Shown here piece by piece: positions 52,221-64,000 of a stretch of 64,000 nucleotides of DNA. Source of the DNA: Mobula hypostoma (Eukaryota); contig NC_086110.1 of the NCBI RefSeq assembly GCF_963921235.1, forward strand, positions 13,206,001-13,270,000. The letters are read 5' to 3'. The position numbers and the translations under genes are program-made. Under the pieces are notes generated by a model that did not search any database, was not told the DNA's origin, and saw only the letters and a program-made list of their open reading frames with translations. Positions within the stretch are counted from its first letter, which is position 1; each line of letters opens with the position of its first letter.

Positions 52221-54250
52221 ACGAAATTCCTGCATTCATTCATAGCCTATTACATAAGAAGCACTCCGATATATATTTAAAAATATTAAATCAGAAAAAA
52301 CACAAATACCAAAAGAGGTATTTCGACAGATGTCGAGGTACATGGTCGATGAAGTAGATTTTATCATTACTATTTTCCATGAGGAAATGTGAAAAAGGTA
52401 AGGTCTTGCGTGGAGTTCAACAAATCATCGGGAATATGATTTTCTGGTTGCAGAGTGGTGTTCTGCAGGGGCTGGTATTGGAACTATTTCTTTTTCCACG
52501 ATGTATCAATAATTTTAATGACGGAATTGATCGCTTTGTGGCAATAGTTTCAAAAGAAGGTGGGGTAATATAAAGTATATACTCCAGCAGAATTACTGTA
52601 ATAACGACCTGTGATAATGGCATGTATATGCACTCTGGAGTACAATGCAATTCTATTTCTTTTCCTATTAGTCCAACCCAGCTTTAGTTTCCTGAAGATT
52701 GAAATTTCTTTGAGACTGCCAGAAATTTCACAAATAAATGTTGTGACCGGAAGATCTCTTTATAATGGCCATCACTTATATTTTTATGTAATATTACTGA
52801 CACCGAAAGCAAATGACATGGATGTCATATTATATCGAATACAGTTCAGTTCCATTACTTTCTCTATCCAATTGACCGTTGCATACGTTTGTGGAAAGTC
52901 AACTATTTTCCGTCGTGCACTTTTTCGCTAATCTTTAGTCATTTGTTGGATAAAAATCAAGATTTACAAATGGAAGATCCTGAAAAATTGAGTATTTGAT
53001 AACCCTGGGTAAAATAATTTGAAAAATATGTTTTACTTTGATAAATTGTGTGTAAACGACATACAGTATGTTTGCATTAACTAAAATCTCAAGCGAGAAA
53101 TAGAATATGTAATTAGAAGATCAGGAATGATGTGAACATTACCTTTTGCACGGTATATCAGCATGACAAAAGACAATTTTATGTAAGGTTGTTCAAAAGG
53201 TTCTGTGAATTGAGAATACGATACGTAGATAGGATTCTCGCTGAGAATATTAAGAGGCAGTTTCCTTCGGCCAGATGTAGATTCCTTGTCGTGATAAAAG
53301 TCGGTCCTGAGAGATTTCTTCACTCTGTTGGAAGATCTTTGTAAGTTCAGAATCGACGCAGCTGAACAGTGTAGGAGAAGATTAAGCAAAATTTTGGAAG
53401 TTGGTCACGTTTGCAAATAGTCAAATCATATTTATGTTTCAAATGTTTATAATTGATATTTAACTACATCCATTGTTCCATATTCTGCTCTTTTTTTTTA
53501 ACTATTTGCGCAGTCCTACGTCTTTTGCTACCTCTGCATTTAAAACTGGAATTCTGTCGGCAAGTGTCTTTGTTGCATTACTTAATCAAAACCTGCCCGT
53601 TTGTCCACCCCCCCCCCCCCCAGGTTTTAACCAGGTATCTTGTCGCTTCTCATATATGGTTCGGATTATGCTTTTTAATATTCTATTAATGCATCTTGTA
53701 ATGTTTTGTGAAAGTAAAAAGTAATTTTCTCTTGTTTGCCAGTAGGATCTACTGAGACAGTTTTCGAGTGACAGTTTGGAAAGAAACGATGTCATTTCGA
53801 ATCTGCCATCAAACTATCTACAAAGGCATCGTAAAAAGATAAACTCTCTTAATTCAAATAAAAAAATACTTACTGTAAAGAACTAAAACACAAACAAGAG
53901 AATATCTGTAGATTCTGGAACTGCAATCAACACACACAAAATGTTGCAGGAACTCAGCAGGCCAGGCAGCACCAGTCCTGCCAAGAGTCTCGCCCGAAAC
54001 GTCGACTACTTTTCTCCACAGGTGGTGCCTGGCCTGCTGAGCTATTCTGGCATTTCGTGTGTGTTGCCCTGGAAAGAACCACGATGCAAGATTATCTGTT
54101 CGCTCCATAAGTCCTATCATGACATTAAAACTCGTGTCATACTGCGTCTCTTGCCTGAATTACCAATTAAACTACTCTAATTTCTTGTCTCACGGTCTCT
54201 GTAAATTTATATAAGTTTCACAGCTTCTTCTTTTTTTTTACATGGTCCAG

Positions 54251-54353
54251 AAGACAGGAATAAACCTTTGATTCTTGGATGTGCATTGGGCGGAGTGGCA
54301 ATTGTAATTCTGATTATAATTTTGGTAACAAGCGGAGTTAAGAGAAAACGGTG
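54251..54353 (+). CDS. Gene B, uncharged transmembrane exon ending in phase 2
   Basis: T-rich tract + gtccag|AA...CGGTG|gtaaga; EDRNKPLILGCALGGVAIVILIIILVTSGVKRKR; an alternative in-frame acceptor at 54222-54223 is possible. Confidence 0.85.
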
Positions 54354-54876
54354 GTAAGAACATGAATGATTTGACAAGTATTTCAATTTATTACCTCTAC
54401 AGAATGAAAAGAGAGATGATAATGAAAGAGTCAAGATTTCCAAGACATTACCCAGTTCATATTGGTCAATACTAATTATAAATAACAATATAATTTTACA
54501 TTCCCGTTCAAGTTATCCGATCATCCCTTGCACCTACGATTTTCAGTCACTTGGGGTTTTCAGGCCGTGACTTCCAGCGGCGAATTTACACAAGTAATAA
54601 TAATCTTTCTGCTGTAGGTTCGTTGTTTTGAGATATAACATGGCTGATACTATGATGCCACCACTCTGGCCTTTCAATCAAAATCTATATCCACCACATT
54701 CATTAAGGGTCATGCACAACACATTTCATGGCCACAATGTGCGCTGATACTATTTTGAATATCTGTCAAGAGTTGCAACTTTCGTCAAGAAATATGATTG
54801 CAATCCAATACGCAACTTTAAATTTTCTACCATTACCGCTATTATTTAAGTTGTTGTATAATTTTAAACCCATTAG

Positions 54877-54920
54877 CTATTAAAACAATTTCTGAGGAAG
54901 CAAGTCAGAGCGGAGAACTT
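54877..54920 (+). CDS. Gene B, 44-nt cytoplasmic exon paralogous to 3125-3168
   Basis: cattag|CT...CTT|gtaggtgaa; same length and donor context; xIKTISEEASQSGEL when read in phase 1. Confidence 0.7.
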
Positions 54921-54964
54921 GTAGGTGAAACAGCTTTTATTTTTGCTTCTGAGAACGATATATT

Positions 54965-56465
54965 AGCAACATAGAAAACCTACAGCACAGTACAGACCCT
55001 TCGACTCACAAGGCTGTGCCGAGCATATCCTTACCATAGAAATTACCTGGGGTTACCCATAACCTACTTTTCGGATCTCCATGTATCTGTCCAGGAGTCT
55101 CTTAAAAGACCCTATCGTTTCTGCCTCCCCGCCGCCGCCGGCAGCCCATTCCACGCACTCACCACTCTCTGAGTGAAAAAAAAAACTACCTATGACATCT
55201 CCTCTGTACCTACTTCCATGCACCTTAAAACTGGCCCTCTCGTGGAAGACATTTCAGCCTTGGGAAAAAGCCTCTGACTACCCACACGATCAATGCCTCT
55301 CATCATCGTATACACCTATATCAGGTCACCTCACATCCTCCGTCACTCCAAAGAAAAAACGCCGAGTTCACTCAATCTGTTCCCATAAGGCATGCTCCCC
55401 AATTCAGGCAACATCTTTGTAAATCTCCTCTGCAACCTTTCTAAGGTTTTCACATCATTCCCACAGTGACGTGACCAGAACCCAGCATCGTACTCCAGGT
55501 GTGGTCTGACCTGTGTTCAATATAGCCGCAACATTACCTCTTGGCTCCTAAACTGAACTGCACGATTGATGAAGGCCAATGCGCCGTATGCTTTCTTAAT
55601 CAAAGTGTCAACCTGCACAGCAGCTTTCAGTGTCCTACGTATAGACTCGGACCCAAATATTCTTCTGATCCTCCACACAGCCAAGAGTCTTAGCATTAAT
55701 ACTATATTCTGTCATCACACTTGACCTACCAAAATGAAATACCTCACAGTTATCTGGGTTGAACTCCATCTGCCACTTCTCAGCCCAGTTTTGCATCCTA
55801 TCAATGTCTTGCTGTAACCTCTGGTAGCCCTCCACAATATGCACAACACCTCCAACCTTTGTGGCATCAGCAGACTTACTAACTCACCCTCCACTTCTTC
55901 ATCCAGGTCATTTATAAAAATCAGTAAGTATAGGGATCCCAGAACAGATCCCTGAGGCAGGCCACTGGTCACCGACCTCTACGCAGAATATAACCCGTCC
56001 TCAACCACTCTTTGTCTTCTGTGAGCAAGCCAATTCTTGATCCACAAAGCAAAGTACCCTTGGATCCCATGCCTCCTTACTGTCTCAAGATGCCTTGCAT
56101 GGAGTACCTTGTCAAATCCCGTCCCCATTGATGATGCAAATATCATCGCCAGAGGCTCATCAGTCTCCTCCCTCGCCTCCCGCAGTAGCCTGGTGCACAT
56201 CTCGTCTGGTCCCGGTGACTTATCCAATTTGATGTTTTCCCAAAGGTCCAGCACACCCGCTTTCTTAACATCTCCATGCTCATGCTTTTCAGTCCGCTGT
56301 AAGTCATCTTTACAATCACCAAGATCCTTTTCTGCAGTGAATATTGAAGCAAAGCAGTCATTAAGTACCTCTGCTATCTGCTTTGTCTCCATATACACTT
56401 TAGCACTGTCACACTTGATTGGTCCTATTCTCCAACGTCTTATCCTTTTGCTCTTCACATACTTT
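54965..56465 (-). mobile_element. CR1 LINE, degenerate, internally deleted
   Basis: Minus ORFs SGLPQGSVLG and KSKRIRRWRIGP. Confidence 0.85.
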
Positions 56466-57999
56466 TTGGTAGAGGAAGATTATGATCAATTACAACCTAG
56501 GCATGGATATGTCTGTGAGTGCATGAGAACCGATGACAATCTGAGCTGTACAACGCTGCTTCAATGGTCCGTAGTTCCCGAGGAGTACAAAGGTGACAGT
56601 TGTCCCTGCGTAAGCTGTTGGGGAAAGGAGGAAAAAGCAAATAACTGCTGAAGGAAAAAAAATGGTGACGAGAAAGCTAAATAGCATGGGAACCAGGGTT
56701 AGCCAGGCGACTGAACACGACAGCACCGAATTAGTTTAGTATAATATCAGAAGGTGATAGTGGAGATTTCCTATTCAAAAATGAAGGCCTGCAATTGCTG
56801 ATGTACTGAATAGGGCAGTTCAGGTTTCAGTACTGTTTGTCATTTAGTTCCGAACCACCTAAGAGGATAACATTGTTAACATCTTTAATACCTTCGGGGA
56901 GGCAACGAAATTCCTGATGCAATAGAATGCAAAAGCTAACCAAGACAATAAACTGGGAAATGCTCCTTCAATTTCAGATATGATTTAACTTGGACAATGG
57001 CGAAGTGTTGCATTTTAGTTGGTTAAAATAAATCTGGAATTACACAGTAACTTGCCCTGGGGTTTGAAGTAGAACGCAGGGACTGAGGGCAAGTGGCGAC
57101 GAAGGTGGACAGAATGGTACAGAAGGTGTTTGTCACAATTGACACAACAGTGGGGACAATGTGTGCAGGGTCTGGACTGTCCTGTTATACTATACACGTC
57201 GTTAGTGAAACACGAAGAGTATTCTGTGCGTTACTGATCGCCCAGCTATAGAAAACTCATGACAGTCCTTAACACAGTGCAGAAAGGACTTAGGAGTTTG
57301 TTATAAGGACAGCAAGCTTTTAGCTGTAGCGAGAGACTGGGGCTATTCTTTCATGAGTACAAGAGGTTGAGAGATGACCTTATATAGGAATATAAAGTGA
57401 CGAGGGGGGTAGGCAGACCTAGGTTACAGTTTTTTACCCAGGATAGATTAATAGAAATCAGAATACAGCAATTCAAAGTGTGATAGAAAATATTTAAAAT
57501 GGCTCTAGGGAAGGTTTTCAACAAATAGGAGCTTGGTAAAAGTAAAATGTACCAGATGGGTTCGGTAGCAATGTGTGCAATACAGTTAGATTGGTATGTT
57601 AAGTAATGTTGAGACCAAAAGGATTTCAAGAGACAAAAATGGTCCTCTGGGAGACCAGAATGATAATCTACGCATGGAGCCAAAAGAGAATGGGGAGATC
57701 TTAAATGTATTTTTTGATCTGTATTTACTCGGGAGATGGACACAGGGTCTGTAGAAGTGACGCAAAACAACATTGAGGCCATGGTCTTGTATTTCCTCAT
57801 TCGAATCTAAGAAAATTCCGTCTAGGACGAAAGGGAAACCAGCATGACTTATTACTGTATGCTCCTTCTTCCCTTCTCTTATCTCCAGCTATCTAAGGTA
57901 CTCTCCGTCCGATCCAACACGTTACCTTTAGTCCCCAGTATAGTTACTTTCCGCATATGTCAAACATTTTCTCCAAATGCTCGTTAAAGAGTATTCACA

Positions 58000-58760
58000 T
58001 CAGTAACAGAAGAAATTTTCCAGAGTTGCAGGCAATCCAGAACAACACACACAAAATTGTAAAGAAACTTAGCCGGGAATGAAGCATGTATGGAAGAGAA
58101 TAAACAGTCGATGTTTCGAGCCAAGACCCTTCATTAGCATTGGAAAGGAAGAGGGAAAATGCCAGAATATAAAGATGGGGGAGTGGAAGTAGGTCCAACT
58201 AGAAGTTCATGGTTAAACCCAGGTGAGTGGGGGAGAGGCGATGAACTAAGAATCTGGGAAATGACAGAAGGAAAAGGAAAATACTGTAGAATAAGGAGTT
58301 TGATAGGATATTAAATTAGACCTTGGGAGAAAGGGAAGGAGGAAGGGCACCATAGAAAGGATATAGGTAGGTGAGGAGAAGAAGTAGGAGGCCAGAGTGT
58401 GGAACAGAAGAAGAGGGAAGGGAGAGAGAAAAATTAATGAAAGAAGAAATCCGTGTTCATGCCTCAGGCTGGAGGCTACCTGGACTGAAAATGAGGCGTT
58501 TATCCTCCACCCTAGGAGTAGCCTCATGGTGGCAGAGAAGCCGAGAACCAAAATGTCGAGACAAGAATGGGGATAGGAAGAACAATGACTGGCCACCGGA
58601 ATTTCCACTTTTTGTGGATGCAGTGGAGATGCTTGAAAAAGTGATCCGCTAATTTATGTTATGTCGCACCAACGTAAAGTTGGTCACGTCGGAAGTACCG
58701 GACAGAATAGACAAGCATAATAGATTCGGAGATGAATGTGTTGCCTCACCAGGACTGACT
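58000..58760 (-). mobile_element. Degenerate Penelope 3' end
   Basis: pLTR-like 58010-58140; minus-strand VASSLRHEHGF end motif. Confidence 0.65.
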
Positions 58761-59018
58761 ATTTAGGGCCCTGAACGGCGCTGAAAAATTATATATCTCA
58801 AGTATAATTTTCATGTTGTCTTGGCCTGACAGGAGCATTTTCCTTCTATTTGGATTTACATTTTTGATTCGAAACCAAATGCTGTCTTCACCCAGGGATC
58901 TGCTCACGTCAGTACAAGTTTAAGAACACTTCATAGTCATTTACAGAGGAAAGTCAGTCTAGAATCTATCTCAGTGTTGTAATTCATCACAAAAATAACA
59001 AAAAGCTTTTTTTCATAG

Positions 59019-59040
59019 CGAGTCCACTTCTGTTTTAAGG
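59019..59040 (+). CDS. Tentative 22-nt micro-exon of the gene B tail (phase 0-1)
   Basis: tttttttcatag|CGA...AAGG|gtatgt; would link the 44-nt exon in frame to 60953. Confidence 0.25.
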
Positions 59041-59084
59041 GTATGTTCAGATACATAGAAAAAAACATTGACAAATGTATTCTA

Positions 59085-60636
59085 TATACCTTAACGAGGT
59101 GGTTTTAGAAATCTTGGACGCATTGGTAATCACTTTCCAATGTTCTATAGATTCAGGATCAGTTCCTGTGGATTGGAGGGTGGCTAATATTGTGCCACTT
59201 TTCAAGAAAAGAGGGAGAGAGAAAACGGGGAATTATAGACCGGTTAGTTTGACGTCAGGAGTGGGAAAGATACTGGAGTCAATTATAAAAGATGAAATTA
59301 CTACACATTTTGATAGCAGTAACAGGATAGGTCCGAGTCAGCATGCATTTACGAAGGGGAAATCGTGCTTGTCTAATCTTCTGGAATTTTTTGAGGATGT
59401 AGCTATGAAAATGGACAAGGCAGAGCCAGTGGATGTATTGTACCTGGACTTTCAGAAAGCCTTTGATAAAGATCCACATAGGAGATTAGTGGGCAAAATT
59501 AAGGCACATTATATTGGGGGCAGAGTACTGACATGGATTGAAAATTGGCTGGCTGACAGGAAACAAAGAGTAGCGATTAACCGGTCGCTTTCGGAATGGC
59601 AGGCGGTGAGCAGTGGGGTACCACACCGTTTAGAGCTGGGACCGCAGCTGTTTACAATATATATTAATGATTTAGGAAAGGGTATTAAAAGTAAAATTAG
59701 CAAATTTGCGGATGACACAAAGCTGGGTGGCAGCTTTGAAATGTGAGGAGGATGTTATGATAATGCAGGGTGACTTGGACAGGCTGGGTGAGTGGGCAGA
59801 TGCATGGCAGGTGCAGTTTAATGTGGATAGATGTGAGGTTATCCACTTTGGTGGTAAGAACAGGAAGGCAGATAATTATCTAAATGGAATCAAGTTAGGA
59901 AAAGGGGAAGTACAACCAGATAGAGGTGTACTTGCACATCAGTCAGTGAAAGCAAGCATGCAGGTACAGCAGGCAGTGAAGAAAGCTAATGGCATGCTGG
60001 CCTTCATAACAAGGAGAATTGAATATAGGAGCAAAGAGGTCCTTCTGCAGCTGTACAGAGCCCTAGTGAGACCACACCCTGAGTATTGTGTGCAGTTTTG
60101 GTTTCCAAATTTGAGGAAGGACATTCTTGCTATTGAGGAGTGAAACTTAGATTCACAAGGTTAATACCCGGGATGGCGGGACTGTCATATGTTGAAATAT
60201 TGGAGCGACTGGGCTTGTATACACTGAAATTTAGAAGGATGAGGGGAGATCTGATTGAAACATATAGTATTATTAAGGGATTGGACACGTTGGAAACGCT
60301 GAAGGTAGGAAACATGTTCCCGCTGATGGGTGAGTCCATAACCAGAGGCAACAGTCTAAGAATAAGGGGTAGGCCATTTAGAATGGAGTTGAGGAAAAAC
60401 TTTTTCACCCAGAGAGTGCTGGATATGTGGAATGCTCTGCCCCAGAAGGCAATGGAGGCCAAGTCTCTAGATGCTTTCAAGAAAGAGATGGATAGAGCTC
60501 TTAAAGATAACGGAATCAAAGGTTATTGGGATAATTGAGGAACTGGATACTGATTGTGGATGATCAGGCATGATTACAGTGAATGGCGGTACTGGCTCGA
60601 AGGGCCGAATGGCCTACTCGTGCACCTATTGTCTGT
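59085..60636 (+). mobile_element. 5'-truncated CR1 LINE
   Basis: ORFs 59075-59746, 59706-60143 and 60140-60538 with RT motifs. Confidence 0.92.
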
Positions 60637-60952
60637 TAAAATTCCGACTAGATTCCATTATTTTCTGATTCAAATTAAAATAATTCTCAACCCTTCTCTA
60701 TGTATTCGCTAATGACAAGCTAGGCAAGGTTCTCGGCCCGAAAATTCAACTGTCCTTTCCTCTCCATTGATGCCATCTCACGCTTTGACCGCTGTGTAAA
60801 CAAAATGTTACTCTTGACATTGATATTGCTTTGAGTTTTTCTGTACTACTGTGTATAACTGATTCCGCAATCGATATAGCCAAAAATTAATATGTTAGAA
60901 TTGTACTTTTATTTTGACTTTCTGATGACCCTTTACTTTTTTGTCTTTGCAG

Positions 60953-61071
60953 AATGCTCAAGCTTTAGAATCGAAACACGGACGTTGCAGAACAACATGA
61001 GAAACTTTTATTTCGGAGGAAGAGGATTCGAAGTCACTTATTTTAGCATTGAGCCATTGTCTGTAACCTAG
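60953..61071 (+). CDS. Tentative terminal exon of gene B with ITIM-like VTYFSI
   Basis: Strong acceptor ctttacttttttgtctttgcag; phase-1 frame open to TAG at 61069-61071; AATAAA at 61086-61091. Confidence 0.35.
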
Positions 61072-63059
61072 ATGTCGAGCTCAAAAATAAACAAGTCTGC
61101 AAATCGATTTTTTGTGCTACATGCAAACTTTACCCACAAAGGCTTTCCATGACATCATTAGGCTCGTTCATGCAGTTCTATTTTCTGCTATTTGTAACTT
61201 CCTGTCGACCTGGGTGAAAACTTTGTTGCAGGTCTTTAGCTAAAAGAAGAAATTGAATCGTAGTGTACAGACGGAAGGGGCCTGCCTCGAACATTCGGAA
61301 CGAAATATTTATGTACCTGTTACTTTCCTTCCTCTGTCACGGTACACTTCCTCTGGCAACTTGTTGTATACATCCAAACTCATCTGTGTAAAAACCCTGC
61401 CATGCAGAGTTCTTTAAATATTTCTTCTCTCGATTCAGAACGATGTCCTCTGGCTATAGTTCCCAGGCTTGGGAAATTGACTGCGAGTATCCACTATATT
61501 AATGTCTGTAGCAATGTTTATCCAAATCTCATGTTATCCTCCAGCCCGCTGTTCTCCATAGTGAACAACCCATTTCTATACAATTCATGCATGCCACCAT
61601 AGTCTCCCCTTCACGGCAATATCCCGGTGCATCTATACTGCAATCTTTCTAACTCTACCATGTGTATTCTATCTTGTGGTGACCGGAAGTGCACGCAACT
61701 CTCCAAGTGCGGCCTAGCCAATGGCTACAGCTGCAACATGACCTCTCAACACTCGTCAATACACCGTTAAGAGGGCAAGTAGGCTAAACGCCCTCTTATC
61801 TAATATCCTGATGTCTCGTCTTTTCAGGAGACAATCCATATGCCCTCTAAGGTCCCTCTGTAAATCAACGTTTCCGTATACTGTATATTTCCTGTCTGTG
61901 TCAATGGTCCAGTAAATCATAAACACAAGAGATTCTGGAGATGCTGAAATCCAGAGCAATAAACACAAAATCCTGCAGGAACTCAGCAGGTCTGACAGTA
62001 TTAGTGGAGAGGAATGAACTGTTGGCTTTCCTGGCCGAGGACCTTAATTAGCCTGGTTGCTCTTCTTCGGGAGTGGGAAGCAACGTTCCCTATAATTTTC
62101 CAGCAGCGTGGACCAACCATTGCTCTGAGCAGGAAATTTTTACACCGCCTGTGAGAGGATTATGCACGGGCTGCCACTATCTTAAGAGTATGCTATCGAT
62201 TTCCATTCTGAGTTTGTTGTGACAATTTGTACCAGTGTTGTAACGTGCAGCACTGACAATCTAAGTACGTTGAAGTTCTAAAGAATTTTACATTAAAGTT
62301 GTCGTATATTCATTATGCAGAAAAGTTATGAGTTATATTCATTAGCACACAGTCATATGGTATTTCACAAATGTATTAACATAGATTTCATAATCTTAAA
62401 AGCATAATTTCAAAATTCGATTAACATTATCTCAAAGAAAACTCCAGCTGCGTGACAGCAAATGCTATGTGCGCAGGAGAACTTCAGTTACTGCGCGGCT
62501 GCATACCCGCACAGCTTAATGGGAACAGTGGGGTCAAGTGTATACAGACCACATTGAGAGGAGGTTGATTTTCTAATAAACTGAACTGCGTCCACAAACT
62601 TCTGTATTTTTTTTTATTGTCTTGGGCAGTCTCCCGCTGTCAACATTTTGAATAATTTCCTTGACTTGAAACTTACAAAGAGCTTTGAATCACATCAAGG
62701 TTGAATATTGATGTACAGAAAATTCACATTGTGATCAATACAGACGCGAATTCCCCCATATAACCATATAACAATTACAACACAGAAACAGGCCTTCTCG
62801 GCCCTGCCGAACTCTTACTCCCCCTTCGAAAAAAATATCATTTTCATGTGGACACGTCGATAAAGTACTCGACCAGAGACGCATGTAACATTTTCGTTGG
62901 ATTAAAAAAGGGGTCGTGCAGAAAAACGTACCCAATGAATAAACAAAGCAATCCCCATTGTCTTCCATTCACAAAGTTTATTGCAGCGACAAACCACTTA
63001 TTTGGAAATGTCGATAAAACCTGAAACTTTGAGTAACATTTCAACGAGGGCCAGTGGAG

Positions 63060-64000
63060 TGTCATGGTCCAATCTGTGAAGTCCGCGTTCCGGTTCACGG
63101 TCAGGTCTGTGGACTACGGTCTCCGGGTCTTTCGGCTGTCCCCTGTTTCAGATGCGCTTAATCATAAGCACCTGATGCTCGTCTTGGTGCTGGGAATATA
63201 AGTGACCCAGCGTTCGAGTGTGGTAGCTGATTCCTCACGTCAGTATGCTGTCCTCTCCTCCGTGGGGTAAGTCAGGCCATCTTTGCCGTTACCCTGTGGT
63301 TGGATCTGTCCCTTCCTGTCCTTGCCTCTGTTGGATGAGTCAGGCCCTCCTTGCCGTTACCCTGAGGCTGGACTATTCCCTATCCTTCCCCTTCCTTCTG
63401 AAGCCTTGCCTGCAAACTGTGTATGGAGCCTTGGCTGCAACCTTGTCAAGTTCAAACACCGGAGCGAGACCGAAGCTTTGCCGTTTGCCGCTACCTACTG
63501 TTGGGAAATTTCTCTGTGTCCACGCCTTCGCTTGGTAGGTCCGGCCGTTTCCCGTTACCTTGTGTCGGGAACCGTCTCGTCGTGTTCAGTAATCCGTGTA
63601 TGAGTCCCGGCCCTACGTCCTGCTCTCAAGGAGTTGTCCCGGCTCTGTGTTCCAGGTTCCTGTCTCTCAAGTCCAAGGCTCCATGTTCCCGTGCTGGAGA
63701 CCGAGGCTCTATGTTCCTGTCCTCCCCAAGTCCAAGCCTCTGTGTTCTGTGTTCCGGTCGTTGCAAGTCCAAGGCTCCGAGGTTCCCGTTGTCCCAAGTC
63801 CAAGGCTGGGCTGTTTCTGACTACCAAGTCAAAGCTTCGTGTTCTCGTCCCGTCCATGTGCCTCGTCCTGTCCACGTGCTTCGTCCTGTGCTGGAGTACC
63901 CTTGTCTTGCCCAGGAGTCTCTTTTTCTGTCTTATAGCCTCGCCTAGTCCTGTCTCCCAAGACTACGTCATGTCTTCGCCTAGTTCCACAGTCCGAGCCG
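63060..64000 (+). mobile_element. LTR of the same family as 36288-37679, cut by the window end
   Basis: TGTCATGGTCC start matches the reverse complement of the 37679 end; internal CAAGTCCAAGGCT repeats. Confidence 0.8.

Noticed and set aside
53275-53340. 66-nt exon candidate in the gene B C1-TM intron
   Set aside because: Open only in phase 2. In the required phase 1 it stops after 6 codons, and nothing else supports it.
56467-56651. YDQL and LSCTTL motifs as a degenerate ITAM/ITIM exon of gene B
   Set aside because: The following VVPEEYK...GKEEKANN matches the CR1 RT motif VPEDWK...GGKEKPGNY, so it is a LINE remnant; it also lacks a good acceptor.
58896-58982. Alternative phase-0 terminal exon for gene B (GSAHVSTSL...SVL*)
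   Set aside because: Only patchy similarity to the gene A last exon (GATCTG, AAGAACAC), no tyrosine motif in frame, and no nearby AATAAA; cannot be supported.

Overview
Eukaryotic, intron-containing, repeat-rich vertebrate DNA. The repeat families (CR1 with (TTCTATGT)n tails, Penelope, Rex1, HE1-like SINE, Tc1, Gypsy) suggest a cartilaginous fish, probably a ray; this is inference. More than half of the window is transposon debris. The host content is a + strand tandem cluster of non-rearranging, antigen-receptor-like immunoglobulin-superfamily genes, which I assembled by hand from splice sites. Gene A is 5'-truncated by the window edge. It has a C1 exon (1528-1821), a TM exon carrying a lysine (2429-2527), a 44-nt cytoplasmic exon (3125-3168) and a terminal exon with two ITIMs (7467-7598). 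Gene B has a leader (44632-44686), a single-exon germline-joined VJ domain with NKp30-like spacing (44861-45166), a C1 exon (47140-47436), an uncharged TM exon with an apparent +1 frameshift at its end (54251-54353), a paralogous 44-nt exon (54877-54920) and an uncertain tail. Between them lies a decayed duplicate (about 21.3-34.7 kb) of gene A's last intron and 3' flank that has no recognisable exons. A young Penelope insertion (39615-42180) has a 13-bp TSD, an internal inverted copy of its own 3' end plus target DNA, and two intact minimal hammerhead ribozyme motifs. Exon coordinates were counted base by base; most TE boundaries are approximate.
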